Assembly (NCBI GenBank): GCA_050950505.1
Contig: JBMNHS010000001.1
Span: forward strand, 64,001-128,000
DNA: 64,000 nucleotides
Source: Candidatus Methanomethylophilaceae archaeon
GTDB taxonomy: Archaea; Thermoplasmatota; Thermoplasmata; Methanomassiliicoccales; Methanomethylophilaceae
Direction: 5' to 3'
Under the pieces are notes generated by a model. It was not told where the DNA came from and searched no databases. It worked only from the letters and a program-made list of their open reading frames with translations. Shown here one piece after another: positions 38,649 to 48,421 of the stretch (within the stretch, counting starts at the first letter, position 1; the number at the start of each line of letters is the position of its first letter). Both the position numbers and the translations under genes were made by a program.

Positions 38649-40697
38649 ATGCACGCTATTGACAAAGAATCCGGCGCGAAGTCCGGAAAAGGCGGCAAAT
38701 CTATTGCCTATGAGCTTGCGGATGCGCAACAGGAAATATCCGTCGCGGAATTCTTCGAGAAGAACAAACAGATACTTGGATTCGATTCGCGCTCCAAATC
38801 TTTGCTGATGGGTGTCAAAGAAGCCGTGGACAACGCTTTGGACGCCTGCGAAGAAGCGGAGATACTTCCCGAAATAAACGTCTCGATAGAACGTTTGGAT
38901 GAGGACGATTATCGGATAACCGTTGACGACAACGGCCCGGGCATAGTGCACAAAGCGATGCCCAACGTTTACGGAAGATTGCTTTACGGTTCAAGATTTC
39001 ACGCGTACAAACAATCCAGGGGTCAACAGGGTATCGGAATATCCGCGTCGGTGATGTACGGTTACCTTACGACGGGAAAACCCGCGCATATAATATCCAA
39101 AGTGTCCGGGGATGACGAAGTCGCCTGGGAAATGGACATCATCGTTGATACGAAAAACAACCGTCCGAAAATAACCAACGACAGGGCGTTCACCTGGGAC
39201 AGGGATCACGGCACGAGTGTGGAATTCTCAATCAAAGGAAGATACATAACCGGAAAACAGTCCATTTTCGAATATCTCAAAAACACCGCCATCGTCAACC
39301 CGCACGCATTCATTACATTCACCGATCCCGACGGAAAGAAATGGACTTTCGAAAACGCCACCGAAAGCACCCCCATAAAACCGAAAGAGATCAAACCCCA
39401 CCCCGAAGGAATGGAAATCGGGGATCTTATGAAGTTTGCCCAATCAAGCAAACAGAATAACGTTCATGCATTCCTGAGACAGGAATTCTCCAGAGTCACC
39501 AAACGCATTGCGGACGAGATTCTGGAACTTGCCGACGTGAATCCCAAAACTTCGCCCAGGAAGCTTACCCGGGAGGAATGCGCCAACATCATCAAAGCCA
39601 TCGGCAAAGTCAAAATCATGGCGCCGCAGACCGATTGTCTGTCTCCCATCGGAGACACTCTGATCAAGAAAGGTCTGATGCACGTCATGGAGGGTCTGCG
39701 ACCGGATTATTACGCAACGCCGGTCACAAGAACCCCGAAAACCGTCAACGGCAATCCCTTCGTCGTGGAAGCCGGCATAGTTTACGGCGGAGACATCCCT
39801 TCCGACGGCCAGATAACCATCCTGAGATTCGCCAACCGGGTTCCTTTGCTTTATCAGCAGGGAGCCTGCGCCATCACCAAAGCCATATCCGACATGGATT
39901 GGAGACGATACGGATTGGAACAGAGAGGCGGAAAGGGGATTCCCTTCGGACCCGCTATAATATTGGTCCATGTGGCCTCCACCAAAGTTCCCTTCACTTC
40001 CGAAGGAAAGGAAGCGATTGCGGGATATCCGGAAATTCTCAACGAGGTGACCGCGGCTCTGAGACTCTGTGCCAGAAATCTTAAAGGTCACCTGAACAAA
40101 ATCGAACGCCGTTCGAAGACAAAGGCAAAATTTGATATCGTTCAGAAAATACTTCCGGATCTTGCCAGCAAATCCGCCGAATATCTCAACCGGCCGGTTC
40201 CGAATCTGGACCGGACCATCACGAAAATCATGAACGTCGTCTGGATCGAACCTTCTGTTGAGAAACTGAACAAAACCAACCGCAGAGTCACCTACACGAT
40301 TTACAATTACACCGAAAAAGTCCGCAAATTCGGACTCCATGCCCATCTTCCGAAAGAGTCCGTCAATCTGGCGTTGTTCTCAGACCCGTATTTCAGGGAA
40401 ATGGACGACATGGGCAGGGTCTTCTGGGAAATCGATGAACTGCAACCTTCGGTTTCCATGACCGTTTCTTTCGAACTGAGCGGCGAAATGGCCGATACCT
40501 TTTCGGAAGAGGACGTTTTCATATCGGGAATCAACTCCGTCATCGTAATGGGTGCGGATCCCCTGCCCGGAGACTGGGGTCTGAAGGGAATCGAAATTAC
40601 GGAAGAAGAGGAAGAGATTCACGAAGACACCGAGGAAGAAGATGAAGAAGATGAAATTCTCGAAGATGACGAATACGACAAGGAGGCCAAAGAATGA
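38649..40697 (+). CDS. top6B: DNA topoisomerase VI subunit B
   Basis: ISVAEFFEKN, KEAVDNALDA, DDNGPGI, SRGQQGIG, RFANRVPL; acidic tail. Confidence 0.97.
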   Translation: MHAIDKESGAKSGKGGKSIAYELADAQQEISVAEFFEKNKQILGFDSRSKSLLMGVKEAVDNALDACEEAEILPEINVSIERLDEDDYRITVDDNGPGIVHKAMPNVYGRLLYGSRFHAYKQSRGQQGIGISASVMYGYLTTGKPAHIISKVSGDDEVAWEMDIIVDTKNNRPKITNDRAFTWDRDHGTSVEFSIKGRYITGKQSIFEYLKNTAIVNPHAFITFTDPDGKKWTFENATESTPIKPKEIKPHPEGMEIGDLMKFAQSSKQNNVHAFLRQEFSRVTKRIADEILELADVNPKTSPRKLTREECANIIKAIGKVKIMAPQTDCLSPIGDTLIKKGLMHVMEGLRPDYYATPVTRTPKTVNGNPFVVEAGIVYGGDIPSDGQITILRFANRVPLLYQQGACAITKAISDMDWRRYGLEQRGGKGIPFGPAIILVHVASTKVPFTSEGKEAIAGYPEILNEVTAALRLCARNLKGHLNKIERRSKTKAKFDIVQKILPDLASKSAEYLNRPVPNLDRTITKIMNVVWIEPSVEKLNKTNRRVTYTIYNYTEKVRKFGLHAHLPKESVNLALFSDPYFREMDDMGRVFWEIDELQPSVSMTVSFELSGEMADTFSEEDVFISGINSVIVMGADPLPGDWGLKGIEITEEEEEIHEDTEEEDEEDEILEDDEYDKEAKE

Positions 40698-41782
40698 GCA
40701 ATAACAAAGGCACTCTGGACAGCCTCGACAAAATCGTCGACGGACTTTACACCCACCTCGACAACGGAAACATTCCCGCCATGGAAGTTGCGCTGAGATC
40801 GAAAAGAAACATCGAATTCAATCCCGGAACAGGAGTTTGGAATTACGGAAACATAACTTCCGCCCGTTCGGCAAAATCCGTGAAAGGCGCGCTGATGCTG
40901 CTCCGTACCGTTTACACCGCTGACTTCATCAAAGGCATGCTGGAATCCAACAAATCATCCACCCTCAGAGAAATGTACTATATCTCCGAAGGATGGGAAT
41001 ACGCAAAATTCCAGAGTCAGGACGAAAGCGTCATCCTGGCCGAGGATTTGGAGATACTCACGGGATACATGCGGGAGGATTTCAAACTCCGTCCGGAAGA
41101 AGACGGCGCCAGGATTTACGGTGACCTCACATTGACCGAACTCACCCGGAAAGGCGAAAGGAAGAAAATAAACTGCATCGACGACGTGGGGGATTCAGGA
41201 TACGGGATTCCGTACAACGTCGGGCCCGAGAAGATAGAGTTCAAAAAATGCAACGCAAAATTCGTTGTTGCCATAGAAACCGGCGGTATGTTCGACAGGT
41301 TGGTGGAAAACGGTTTCCCCGAGAGGTATGACGCGTTACTCGTTCACCTGAAGGGACAACCCACCAGAGGCACCAGGAGATTCATCAAAAGACTCAACGA
41401 AGAACTGGGTCTTCCCATAACCGTGTTCACCGACGGAGATCCGTGGTCGTTCAGAATTTTCGCATCCGTGGCTTACGGAGCGATCAAGACCGCCCACATA
41501 TCCGAATATCTGGCGACTCCGGCGGCACAGTTCATCGGAATCACCCCCTCGGATATTCTTAACTACGATTTGCCCACGGACAAACTGACCGACAAGGACA
41601 AAGGCGCCCTGAAAGCCGAACTTTCGGATCCCAGATTCAAAGACGAGTTCTGGGAGAACGAAATTCAGGCCATGATCGGAATGGGAAAGAAGGCAGAACA
41701 GCAGGCCTTGGCCAAATACGGTCTGGACTTCGTTACCGACACTTATCTTCCCGAGAAGCTCATGGACATGGGAATTCTCTGA
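40694..41782 (+). CDS. top6A: DNA topoisomerase VI subunit A
   Basis: [31 protein letters not shown]. Confidence 0.97.
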   Translation: MSNNKGTLDSLDKIVDGLYTHLDNGNIPAMEVALRSKRNIEFNPGTGVWNYGNITSARSAKSVKGALMLLRTVYTADFIKGMLESNKSSTLREMYYISEGWEYAKFQSQDESVILAEDLEILTGYMREDFKLRPEEDGARIYGDLTLTELTRKGERKKINCIDDVGDSGYGIPYNVGPEKIEFKKCNAKFVVAIETGGMFDRLVENGFPERYDALLVHLKGQPTRGTRRFIKRLNEELGLPITVFTDGDPWSFRIFASVAYGAIKTAHISEYLATPAAQFIGITPSDILNYDLPTDKLTDKDKGALKAELSDPRFKDEFWENEIQAMIGMGKKAEQQALAKYGLDFVTDTYLPEKLMDMGIL

Positions 41783-43327
41783 TCAGTTCGAGGCCTGTAT
41801 CACCCTGTTGACGACAAAACTCTTGTCCATATCGGCAAGGAAGGTTCCGAGTCTCGGACCGCTCTTCTTGCCGATCAGGATTCTGTACATGGTCCCGTAA
41901 CCGCCTTTGAGGCCGATGGGCGAATCTTTGGCGGTATCGGCGATGACGGAGCCGATGGTCTCGGCGTCCCATCTGCAGTCGTACAATCTGACCGCAAGGG
42001 CCTGAAGGAAGGCCTTCTCGTTCATGGACAGATCGATGCCGGGCGGCACCGTGGCGCTAACCGAGAATTTTACCATATCGGGTGCGAATCCGTTAAGCCA
42101 GTATCTCACGCATTCGACTCTTTTAGCGAGTCTCTTGGTTTCTGCGGGAGTCATGTCGGACAGGTCTTCGCTGCGGTTGAGAATTTCCATCACGCCTTCG
42201 AAAGTCGGTGCCATCTGTGCGATGTTCACCAGATGTCTGTAAGAAATCTGACGGGGCAGTTTCTGCGGCGTTCTGTTGTGCTGGGATATTTCATAAGCCC
42301 GGACGGAATCCTCTTCGGACTCCGCGAAACCGCCTTCGAAGAACAGACGTTCCATCCTGTCGTATTCGTCGGCCATGTCCAGAACACCCATGGAAGAGTC
42401 GTAATCTATGGCCCTTGACGGATTGACCCTCAGGAACAGATAGTTCAGCACTTCGGGAGGGGTCATGTTGATCGCATCGAGTCCCGTCACCGGGGAACCC
42501 AATGACTTGTGCATTTGACCCACGCCTTTCAACTGAACGAATTCGTAAGGTATCGGATAAGGCGGAACTCCTCCGTAAATTTCTTCGACGATCCTCACCC
42601 CGGTTTCGTAAGAACCGCCGGCGGCGGCGTGATCTTTTCCGAAAGGTTCGGCGGAAACCCCGAATATCTTCCACTTGGCCGGCCATTCGCACCTCCAGGT
42701 GAGTTTTCCCTCCCCTTTGCGGACATCGGCTTTTCCGCTGTTTCCGCAGTCGCAGTTGTATTCGATGTACGGGAACTCGTAGGTTTCCAGAATCGGCTGG
42801 GTGAATCTGCCGCAGGCAGAACAGATGGGGGTGTACGGGGCGTAATCGGGATTTTCCTCTTTGCCCGTGACTTCGCTGAGTATTTTGATGACCTGTTCCC
42901 TCTTGTTCATGGCCATGTCTATGGTTTCCGCGAACAGACCTTGTTCATAAAGCTCGTGAGTCCAGATTATTTCACATCTGACCCCGAGGGAATCGACGGC
43001 GTCCAGGAAGGGCTGCACATAGTGGTGGGCGTAATTTTTGTGTTTGCCGCAGGGACAGGGGAATTCGGAAATGGGCATTCCCACATACTGTTCGAATTCC
43101 TTCGGCAGGAAATCGTAACGTCTGCGGAGGGGGTCGTAAGAATCGATAAGATAGATTAATCTGACATTTTTACCGAGGCCTTCCACCGCGCTGCGCACGG
43201 ATTCTCCGGTAATTGCCTCTCTGAGGCTTCCTACATGAATGATTCCGGTGGGGCTTATTCCCGTGGCTATCAGGGGTTCCTCACAATTTTTTACGATGTT
43301 CTCAGCGATTACGTCCGCCCAATGCAT
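41783..43327 (-). CDS. lysS: Lysine--tRNA ligase, class I
   Basis: MHWAD, TGISPTG.IHVG, GKLTWR.EWP, EPFGKDH, MHKS.G, GPRLG; ATG at 43327. Confidence 0.96.
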   Translation of the reverse strand: MHWADVIAENIVKNCEEPLIATGISPTGIIHVGSLREAITGESVRSAVEGLGKNVRLIYLIDSYDPLRRRYDFLPKEFEQYVGMPISEFPCPCGKHKNYAHHYVQPFLDAVDSLGVRCEIIWTHELYEQGLFAETIDMAMNKREQVIKILSEVTGKEENPDYAPYTPICSACGRFTQPILETYEFPYIEYNCDCGNSGKADVRKGEGKLTWRCEWPAKWKIFGVSAEPFGKDHAAAGGSYETGVRIVEEIYGGVPPYPIPYEFVQLKGVGQMHKSLGSPVTGLDAINMTPPEVLNYLFLRVNPSRAIDYDSSMGVLDMADEYDRMERLFFEGGFAESEEDSVRAYEISQHNRTPQKLPRQISYRHLVNIAQMAPTFEGVMEILNRSEDLSDMTPAETKRLAKRVECVRYWLNGFAPDMVKFSVSATVPPGIDLSMNEKAFLQALAVRLYDCRWDAETIGSVIADTAKDSPIGLKGGYGTMYRILIGKKSGPRLGTFLADMDKSFVVNRVIQASN

Positions 43328-43427
43328 ATAAATCAAAGTATCAACAAACAAGACCTATTAAGATATTATCCATCAGACTTCCGAAAAATCAAAAAGCTTT
43401 TTATATAAACCTAAGAATGGGGAAATC

Positions 43428-43592
43428 ATGGCGAAAAAGAATCAGGGAGGATTTCAGTCCTCTGCGGGTCTTATGAGATACTTCGATTCGGAGACTGACA
43501 AGGGTTACAAGATCTCTCCCCGGGGAGTAATCGGTATGGCAATTGCCCTGATAGTCGTCGTTCTCGTGGCTCAGGTCTTCCTGCCTGTCTGA
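43428..43592 (+). CDS. secG: Preprotein translocase subunit Sec61beta/SecG (absent from ORF track)
   Basis: 54 aa, MAKKNQGGFQSSAGLMRYFDSETDKGYKISPRGV plus TM helix; SAGL.RYF signature. Confidence 0.93.
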   Translation: MAKKNQGGFQSSAGLMRYFDSETDKGYKISPRGVIGMAIALIVVVLVAQVFLPV

Positions 43593-43692
43593 AAACAACC
43601 CGCAGAACCGTTTTCCGGCAGAGTTTCAATCACAGACTTGAAATGTCCGATTCTGTTTTTCTTCAATAATCCGTTCTGAATGTTCATTTTGT

Positions 43693-44988
43693 TCAGGTGG
43701 AACAGGATTCTTCCGGTGAATCCTCCGGATATTTCTTCCTGAACGCGCGCTTCAGCAACGGAGGCGCAATTACGGTCGTGACCACGGACATTAGAATGAT
43801 CACCGTGTTCATCTCCGACGTAAGGAATCCGCCGGTGAACCCTATTGCGGCTATTATGATGCCCACTTCCGCCCTGGGAACCATTCCGATACCGATGATT
43901 TTTGCGGAGTCTTTCTCAATGGTTTTGTCGGAAATCCTCGCTCCGACATAACAACCGAGATACTTCGTGACGATTGCCACGATTATTACGTACAGGGACA
44001 GCAACAGCACCGTGGAGCTCATCAGAGACGAGGCTTGAACGTGCATACCCACATTCAGGAAGAACAGGGGGAGGAAGAATGTGGTGATCGCATCCACCTT
44101 CGGCTTGAGATCCCAGGAGTGGGCGTAATCCGCAAGCATCATTCCCGCAAGGAAAGCTCCGATGATTGCGGCGAGTCCGATGGCTTGGGAAATAAAAGAC
44201 ATAAACAGACACAAACCGATGGCAAGCATCAGTTTGTCCATTTGGAATTTGCTCTTGGTCGAAGGTTTGGATTCGCACCTGTCACAGTACCAGCCGTCCA
44301 AACGGGGAACACATTTGTCACAGAACACGAACACGGACAGCACGAAGACCACGGTTATCATTATGACACCGATGATTTCTCCGAATCCGCCTGCCGCGCC
44401 GGTACCGGCAATCATAGCCAGAACTATCATCCCCAACACATCGTCGATGACGGCGGCGCCCAGAATTATGCGGGCTTCTTTCGTGTTGGTTTTGCGCAGA
44501 TCCACGAGAACTTTTGCCGTCACTCCCACACTGGTGGCGACCATCGCCGCCGCCATGTACATGGCATGAACCATGTTGCCGTCATAGAAGAACAGCGTAA
44601 GACCCAGAAGGAAGGGGAATACCACACCTAGAATCGCAACCACCAGGGCGGGTTTTCCCACAGACTTCAGATCGCAGGCCCTGGTTTCCAATCCCACCGA
44701 GAACAACAGGAATATCGCACCTATTTCGGCAATTATTTTCAGGAACTGATAACTTTCGGAACCGGAAGAACCGTTTACGGGAAGTTCGACCCCGATTATA
44801 CCCAGTAAGCTGCCTTCGCTCAGAATTCCCTCGAAGGCAGAACCGTCCCATATGATGTTGGCCACTATGATTCCCACAAGTATCTGGCCGATAAGCCCCG
44901 GGACTCCGAAACGTTCGAAGATTGTGGAACCCGTGACTGCCAGCACGTAAAGAACCAACAACATCAGAAGGATTGGGAGCAAATCCAT
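43693..44988 (-). CDS. Cation:proton antiporter (CPA2/KefB-NapA type)
   Basis: LLF.VGLE, ATSVGVT, AAVIDD, GAFLAG, GM.PR.EV. Confidence 0.92.
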   Translation of the reverse strand: MDLLPILLMLLVLYVLAVTGSTIFERFGVPGLIGQILVGIIVANIIWDGSAFEGILSEGSLLGIIGVELPVNGSSGSESYQFLKIIAEIGAIFLLFSVGLETRACDLKSVGKPALVVAILGVVFPFLLGLTLFFYDGNMVHAMYMAAAMVATSVGVTAKVLVDLRKTNTKEARIILGAAVIDDVLGMIVLAMIAGTGAAGGFGEIIGVIMITVVFVLSVFVFCDKCVPRLDGWYCDRCESKPSTKSKFQMDKLMLAIGLCLFMSFISQAIGLAAIIGAFLAGMMLADYAHSWDLKPKVDAITTFFLPLFFLNVGMHVQASSLMSSTVLLLSLYVIIVAIVTKYLGCYVGARISDKTIEKDSAKIIGIGMVPRAEVGIIIAAIGFTGGFLTSEMNTVIILMSVVTTVIAPPLLKRAFRKKYPEDSPEESCST

Positions 44989-45058
44989 AAAATTCTGATA
45001 AAACCCGTATTATAAATAGTTATTATAAAAAGGAGAAAGAGGTTTGGATTGTAATAAA

Positions 45059-46483
45059 TCAGTAGAAATTGTGCAACCGGTTTCCGGTTCCGAACATAAA
45101 GGATATCTTCGGTTTGATTTCTGAAGCCGATGAAATCTCATACTTCACGTCCTGAACCGACTCTGTGAATTCCTGATTGTTTTCTTCAATCGGCAGGTCT
45201 GCCCCATCGGTTTTCACGGATTCGCATATGTCGGAAATGCTGAAACCGAAAGATGAATGCAGGATTTCCGGTTCTTCCAAAACCGCGGAAACTCTACTGC
45301 GCGGTTGCCTTCTTTCCGGAGCTGTTGTCTTCGGAAGAAAATCATATCCCGCGAAGTCCGCATAGTTCACGAGACAGCTTTCCGGAGATGACGTCTCCGT
45401 AACCGCCGATTCCCCGGAATCCGCCGAAGAGAACGCTTCGTATCTCCGCAAAGTGCAGTGATCCGTGTCGCAGGTGGAAATAGTCATAATGTTGGCAGAT
45501 ACGGAACCGATGCCGGTTTCATGAATTGCCACGGAAATCTTCGCTTCGGGCAACAGAATCACACAGGGCGGATTGGGGAACGTGGAGTGTTCTATCTCAG
45601 AAGGAAGAGCCGGCAGCTCCTTGGGCGATGTCAGTTCGGGATAACGTCTTGTGTAAAGCACGGGACCGTCGTGGAACCTGTCGAAGTCCTTGACGAAAGT
45701 TTCTTCCGACACCGCAACCGGTTCTTCGATTGCCGGAGATTCTTCACTATAATCTGCTTCAACGGATTCTTCCTTCGCGACCGACTCTGCCGGTCTGACG
45801 TTGTCAAGCATGATTTCCAATTCTATGATGAGGGAATCTTTTGCCGTTGACGTATTTTCTTCGATCGCACACTTCTCGTTATCCGATGCTTCCGCAACAA
45901 CCGTTTCCGAAAACACTTCTCCGGAAGATTTCGCAGACGCCGGCGCGGCCGGAAGTCTCTCGACTTCAATTGCCGTTTCGGGTTTCATCGCCGCGGATTC
46001 CGTACGGTCCGTTTCGGAAACCCCGGTTATGGGTTCCAGTTCATATTCGGGACCGTCTTCGTAATTCAGGCCTTCCGGGATTTCTACCCGTGAGGCATCT
46101 TTTGAAGAAGTGGAAACCGCCTGAGGTGATGCCGAACAGTAAAGATTGCTTACAAACGGATTATGGTCACAGGTTCTGGGTTTTACCAGATTCAATGCTT
46201 CCTCGGAGAACCTGCCGCCGCTGTTTATCGGTTTAGGCTCGTCGAATTCAAAAAACAGATCGTCTTCAAGAGTTGCCAGATAAATCTCGGATCCCGACGG
46301 GAGTTCATGTTTGGAATACCCGTAATTCTCGAGTTTTTTGGCGGAACCGCCGAGATTTCCTCTGATCCATCCTCTTTCAAATCCCTTTTCCCGCTCATTG
46401 GAACGGCGTCCGAATTCCGAAAGCCGTTGCTTCAGAGCTCCCCATAGAGTGCTATCGCTATTTTTGCCTGAGTTCACACTCAT
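45059..46483 (-). CDS. Hypothetical acidic, Ser/Glu/Pro-rich protein
   Basis: 474-aa ORF filling the gap; no recognisable domain. Confidence 0.65.
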   Translation of the reverse strand: MSVNSGKNSDSTLWGALKQRLSEFGRRSNEREKGFERGWIRGNLGGSAKKLENYGYSKHELPSGSEIYLATLEDDLFFEFDEPKPINSGGRFSEEALNLVKPRTCDHNPFVSNLYCSASPQAVSTSSKDASRVEIPEGLNYEDGPEYELEPITGVSETDRTESAAMKPETAIEVERLPAAPASAKSSGEVFSETVVAEASDNEKCAIEENTSTAKDSLIIELEIMLDNVRPAESVAKEESVEADYSEESPAIEEPVAVSEETFVKDFDRFHDGPVLYTRRYPELTSPKELPALPSEIEHSTFPNPPCVILLPEAKISVAIHETGIGSVSANIMTISTCDTDHCTLRRYEAFSSADSGESAVTETSSPESCLVNYADFAGYDFLPKTTAPERRQPRSRVSAVLEEPEILHSSFGFSISDICESVKTDGADLPIEENNQEFTESVQDVKYEISSASEIKPKISFMFGTGNRLHNFY

Positions 46484-46660
46484 GCTATCCCATCCGTTTA
46501 TTGTTATGATTTGTGTAATATATAAGAATGATTGACGGTGCCCGTGTCACAAGACGAAATTAAACGGATGTGTCCCGATCCGAGAGGGAAAATACCGTCT
46601 TTACGCTCGCATCCGTTTTCATCACAGTTTATATAATATGTTTTGATTGAACGAGTGACT

Positions 46661-47590
46661 ATGTTTGCCGGTGCCGAATCATGGGAATGGATCCTCGTTT
46701 TCGTACTGTTCATCGCATTGCTCGCTTTGGATATCGGGGTCATAAACCGCAAAGGCAAACACATTACGACAAAGGCCGCGTTGAAGCAAACCGCGGGATG
46801 GATTCTTGTCGCTCTCCTCTTCGGAGTGTACATATGGCACACCCGCGGAGCCCAGACCGGTATGGAATACTATGCCAGTTATGTCATTGAAGAGGCGCTC
46901 AGCGTCGACAACATGTTTGTGTTCCTTCTGATATTCTCATTGTTTGCGATACCTGACGACTATCAGCACAAAGCCTTGTTCTACGGTGTAGTGGGAGCCA
47001 TCGCGTTCCGGTTCATTTTCATATTCGCCGGCGCGGAACTGTTGGACAGATTCGATTTCCTGATGTACTTCTTCGGTGCTTTGCTGATATTTGCGGCATT
47101 GAGGACGGTTTTCGGAAAGGACGACGGCGGTTCCGGAAGCAAAATGGCAAATTGGCTGTCAAGGCACATGAGTTGCTGTCCCGAATTGGACGAAGATAAA
47201 TTCTTTACCTATCGGGACGGGGTGCGCATGGCAACTCCGCTGTTCATATGCGTCATCGTTCTCGAACTGTCGGATATAATGTTCGCATTGGATTCGATTC
47301 CGGCCATACTCAGCATAACCACGGACAAGTTCATTCTGTTCACTTCGAACATATTTGCCGTTCTGGGACTCAGATCCCTTTACTTTGCGGTGAGAGGGGC
47401 GTTGACCCACCTCAGATATCTGAAATACGGTCTCGGAGGCATTCTGACCTTCGTTGGAGCAAAGATGATGCTGCACGGTGTTTACGAATTCGACATCCTG
47501 CTCTCACTGTTGTTTGTGATCGGAGTGTTGGCGATTACAATAATCGCATCGCTGGCCGTTGAGAGAAAATCACCTGATAAATCCGTGTGA
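46661..47590 (+). CDS. TerC/Alx family metal homeostasis membrane protein
   Basis: E.ALSVDN.FVF, QHK.LFYG, ELSDIMFALDSIPA, TSNIFA.LGLRSLYF; ATG at 46661 just downstream of TTTATATA. Confidence 0.92.
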   Translation: MFAGAESWEWILVFVLFIALLALDIGVINRKGKHITTKAALKQTAGWILVALLFGVYIWHTRGAQTGMEYYASYVIEEALSVDNMFVFLLIFSLFAIPDDYQHKALFYGVVGAIAFRFIFIFAGAELLDRFDFLMYFFGALLIFAALRTVFGKDDGGSGSKMANWLSRHMSCCPELDEDKFFTYRDGVRMATPLFICVIVLELSDIMFALDSIPAILSITTDKFILFTSNIFAVLGLRSLYFAVRGALTHLRYLKYGLGGILTFVGAKMMLHGVYEFDILLSLLFVIGVLAITIIASLAVERKSPDKSV

Positions 47591-47596
47591 CACCGA

Positions 47597-48421
47597 TTAT
47601 AAGTTCTCTATGGATCCTTTCTCGGCCCTGTCGCGGTATCTCTTCGGAAGAACGAACAATTCGCCGTCTTTGTCAAAACCCACGGAAGCGGAAACATCGT
47701 AGACGTCTTCGATGAGTTTTGAAGTGATTACTTCTTTGGGAGGCCCTATCGCGACAATGCGGCCTTCTTTCATGATGATGCATCGATCGCAATATCTCGC
47801 CATCAGCGAAATATCGTGTTCCGCGACGAGAATGGTCATATCCGTTTTGACCATGGCGTAAAGGTATTCCATGACTTCCAGCTTGTATTTCATGTCAAGA
47901 TGTGACGTTGGTTCGTCGACCAACATCAACCTGGGCTCCTGAACGTATGCTTTGGCTATCAGAACACGCTGTCTCTCACCGGAAGACAGCATGTTCAACT
48001 GTCTGTTTTTCAGATGGGCGACTCCGAATTTAACCAACGTTTCTTCGATCAGGGTTTCATCGTCGTCGGTCTCCCACCATACATGTTTCAGATGGGGATA
48101 ACGACCCAACATAACAGTTTCAAAAACCGTCAATCCGAAACTGGCTCTCAGTTCCGCAGGAACATTGGCAACTTTTTTGGCAACCTCCCTCGGGGGCTTG
48201 TCCAACACAGTTTCACTGTCGATGAGAATGTCGCCTGACGATGTGGAATGCAGTCGGTTGATGCATTTCATCATCGTGCTTTTGCCACAACCGTTGGGTC
48301 CGATGAGACCAACCAGCATACCGGACTCCAGAGAGAACGATACGTCTTTGACCGCATGGAATCCGTTTTCGTAATACTTGTTCAACGACTTCAGTTCCAA
48401 CAACGGAGCATTAACCTTCAT
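47597..48421 (-). CDS. ABC transporter ATP-binding protein (BtuD type)
   Basis: GPNGCGKST, LSSGERQR, LVDEPT, EHDI. Confidence 0.93.
   Translation of the reverse strand: MKVNAPLLELKSLNKYYENGFHAVKDVSFSLESGMLVGLIGPNGCGKSTMMKCINRLHSTSSGDILIDSETVLDKPPREVAKKVANVPAELRASFGLTVFETVMLGRYPHLKHVWWETDDDETLIEETLVKFGVAHLKNRQLNMLSSGERQRVLIAKAYVQEPRLMLVDEPTSHLDMKYKLEVMEYLYAMVKTDMTILVAEHDISLMARYCDRCIIMKEGRIVAIGPPKEVITSKLIEDVYDVSASVGFDKDGELFVLPKRYRDRAEKGSIENL

Noticed and set aside
40601-40690. GAA/GAC-rich low-complexity stretch
   Set aside because: Encodes the acidic tail of Top6B; not an independent repeat element
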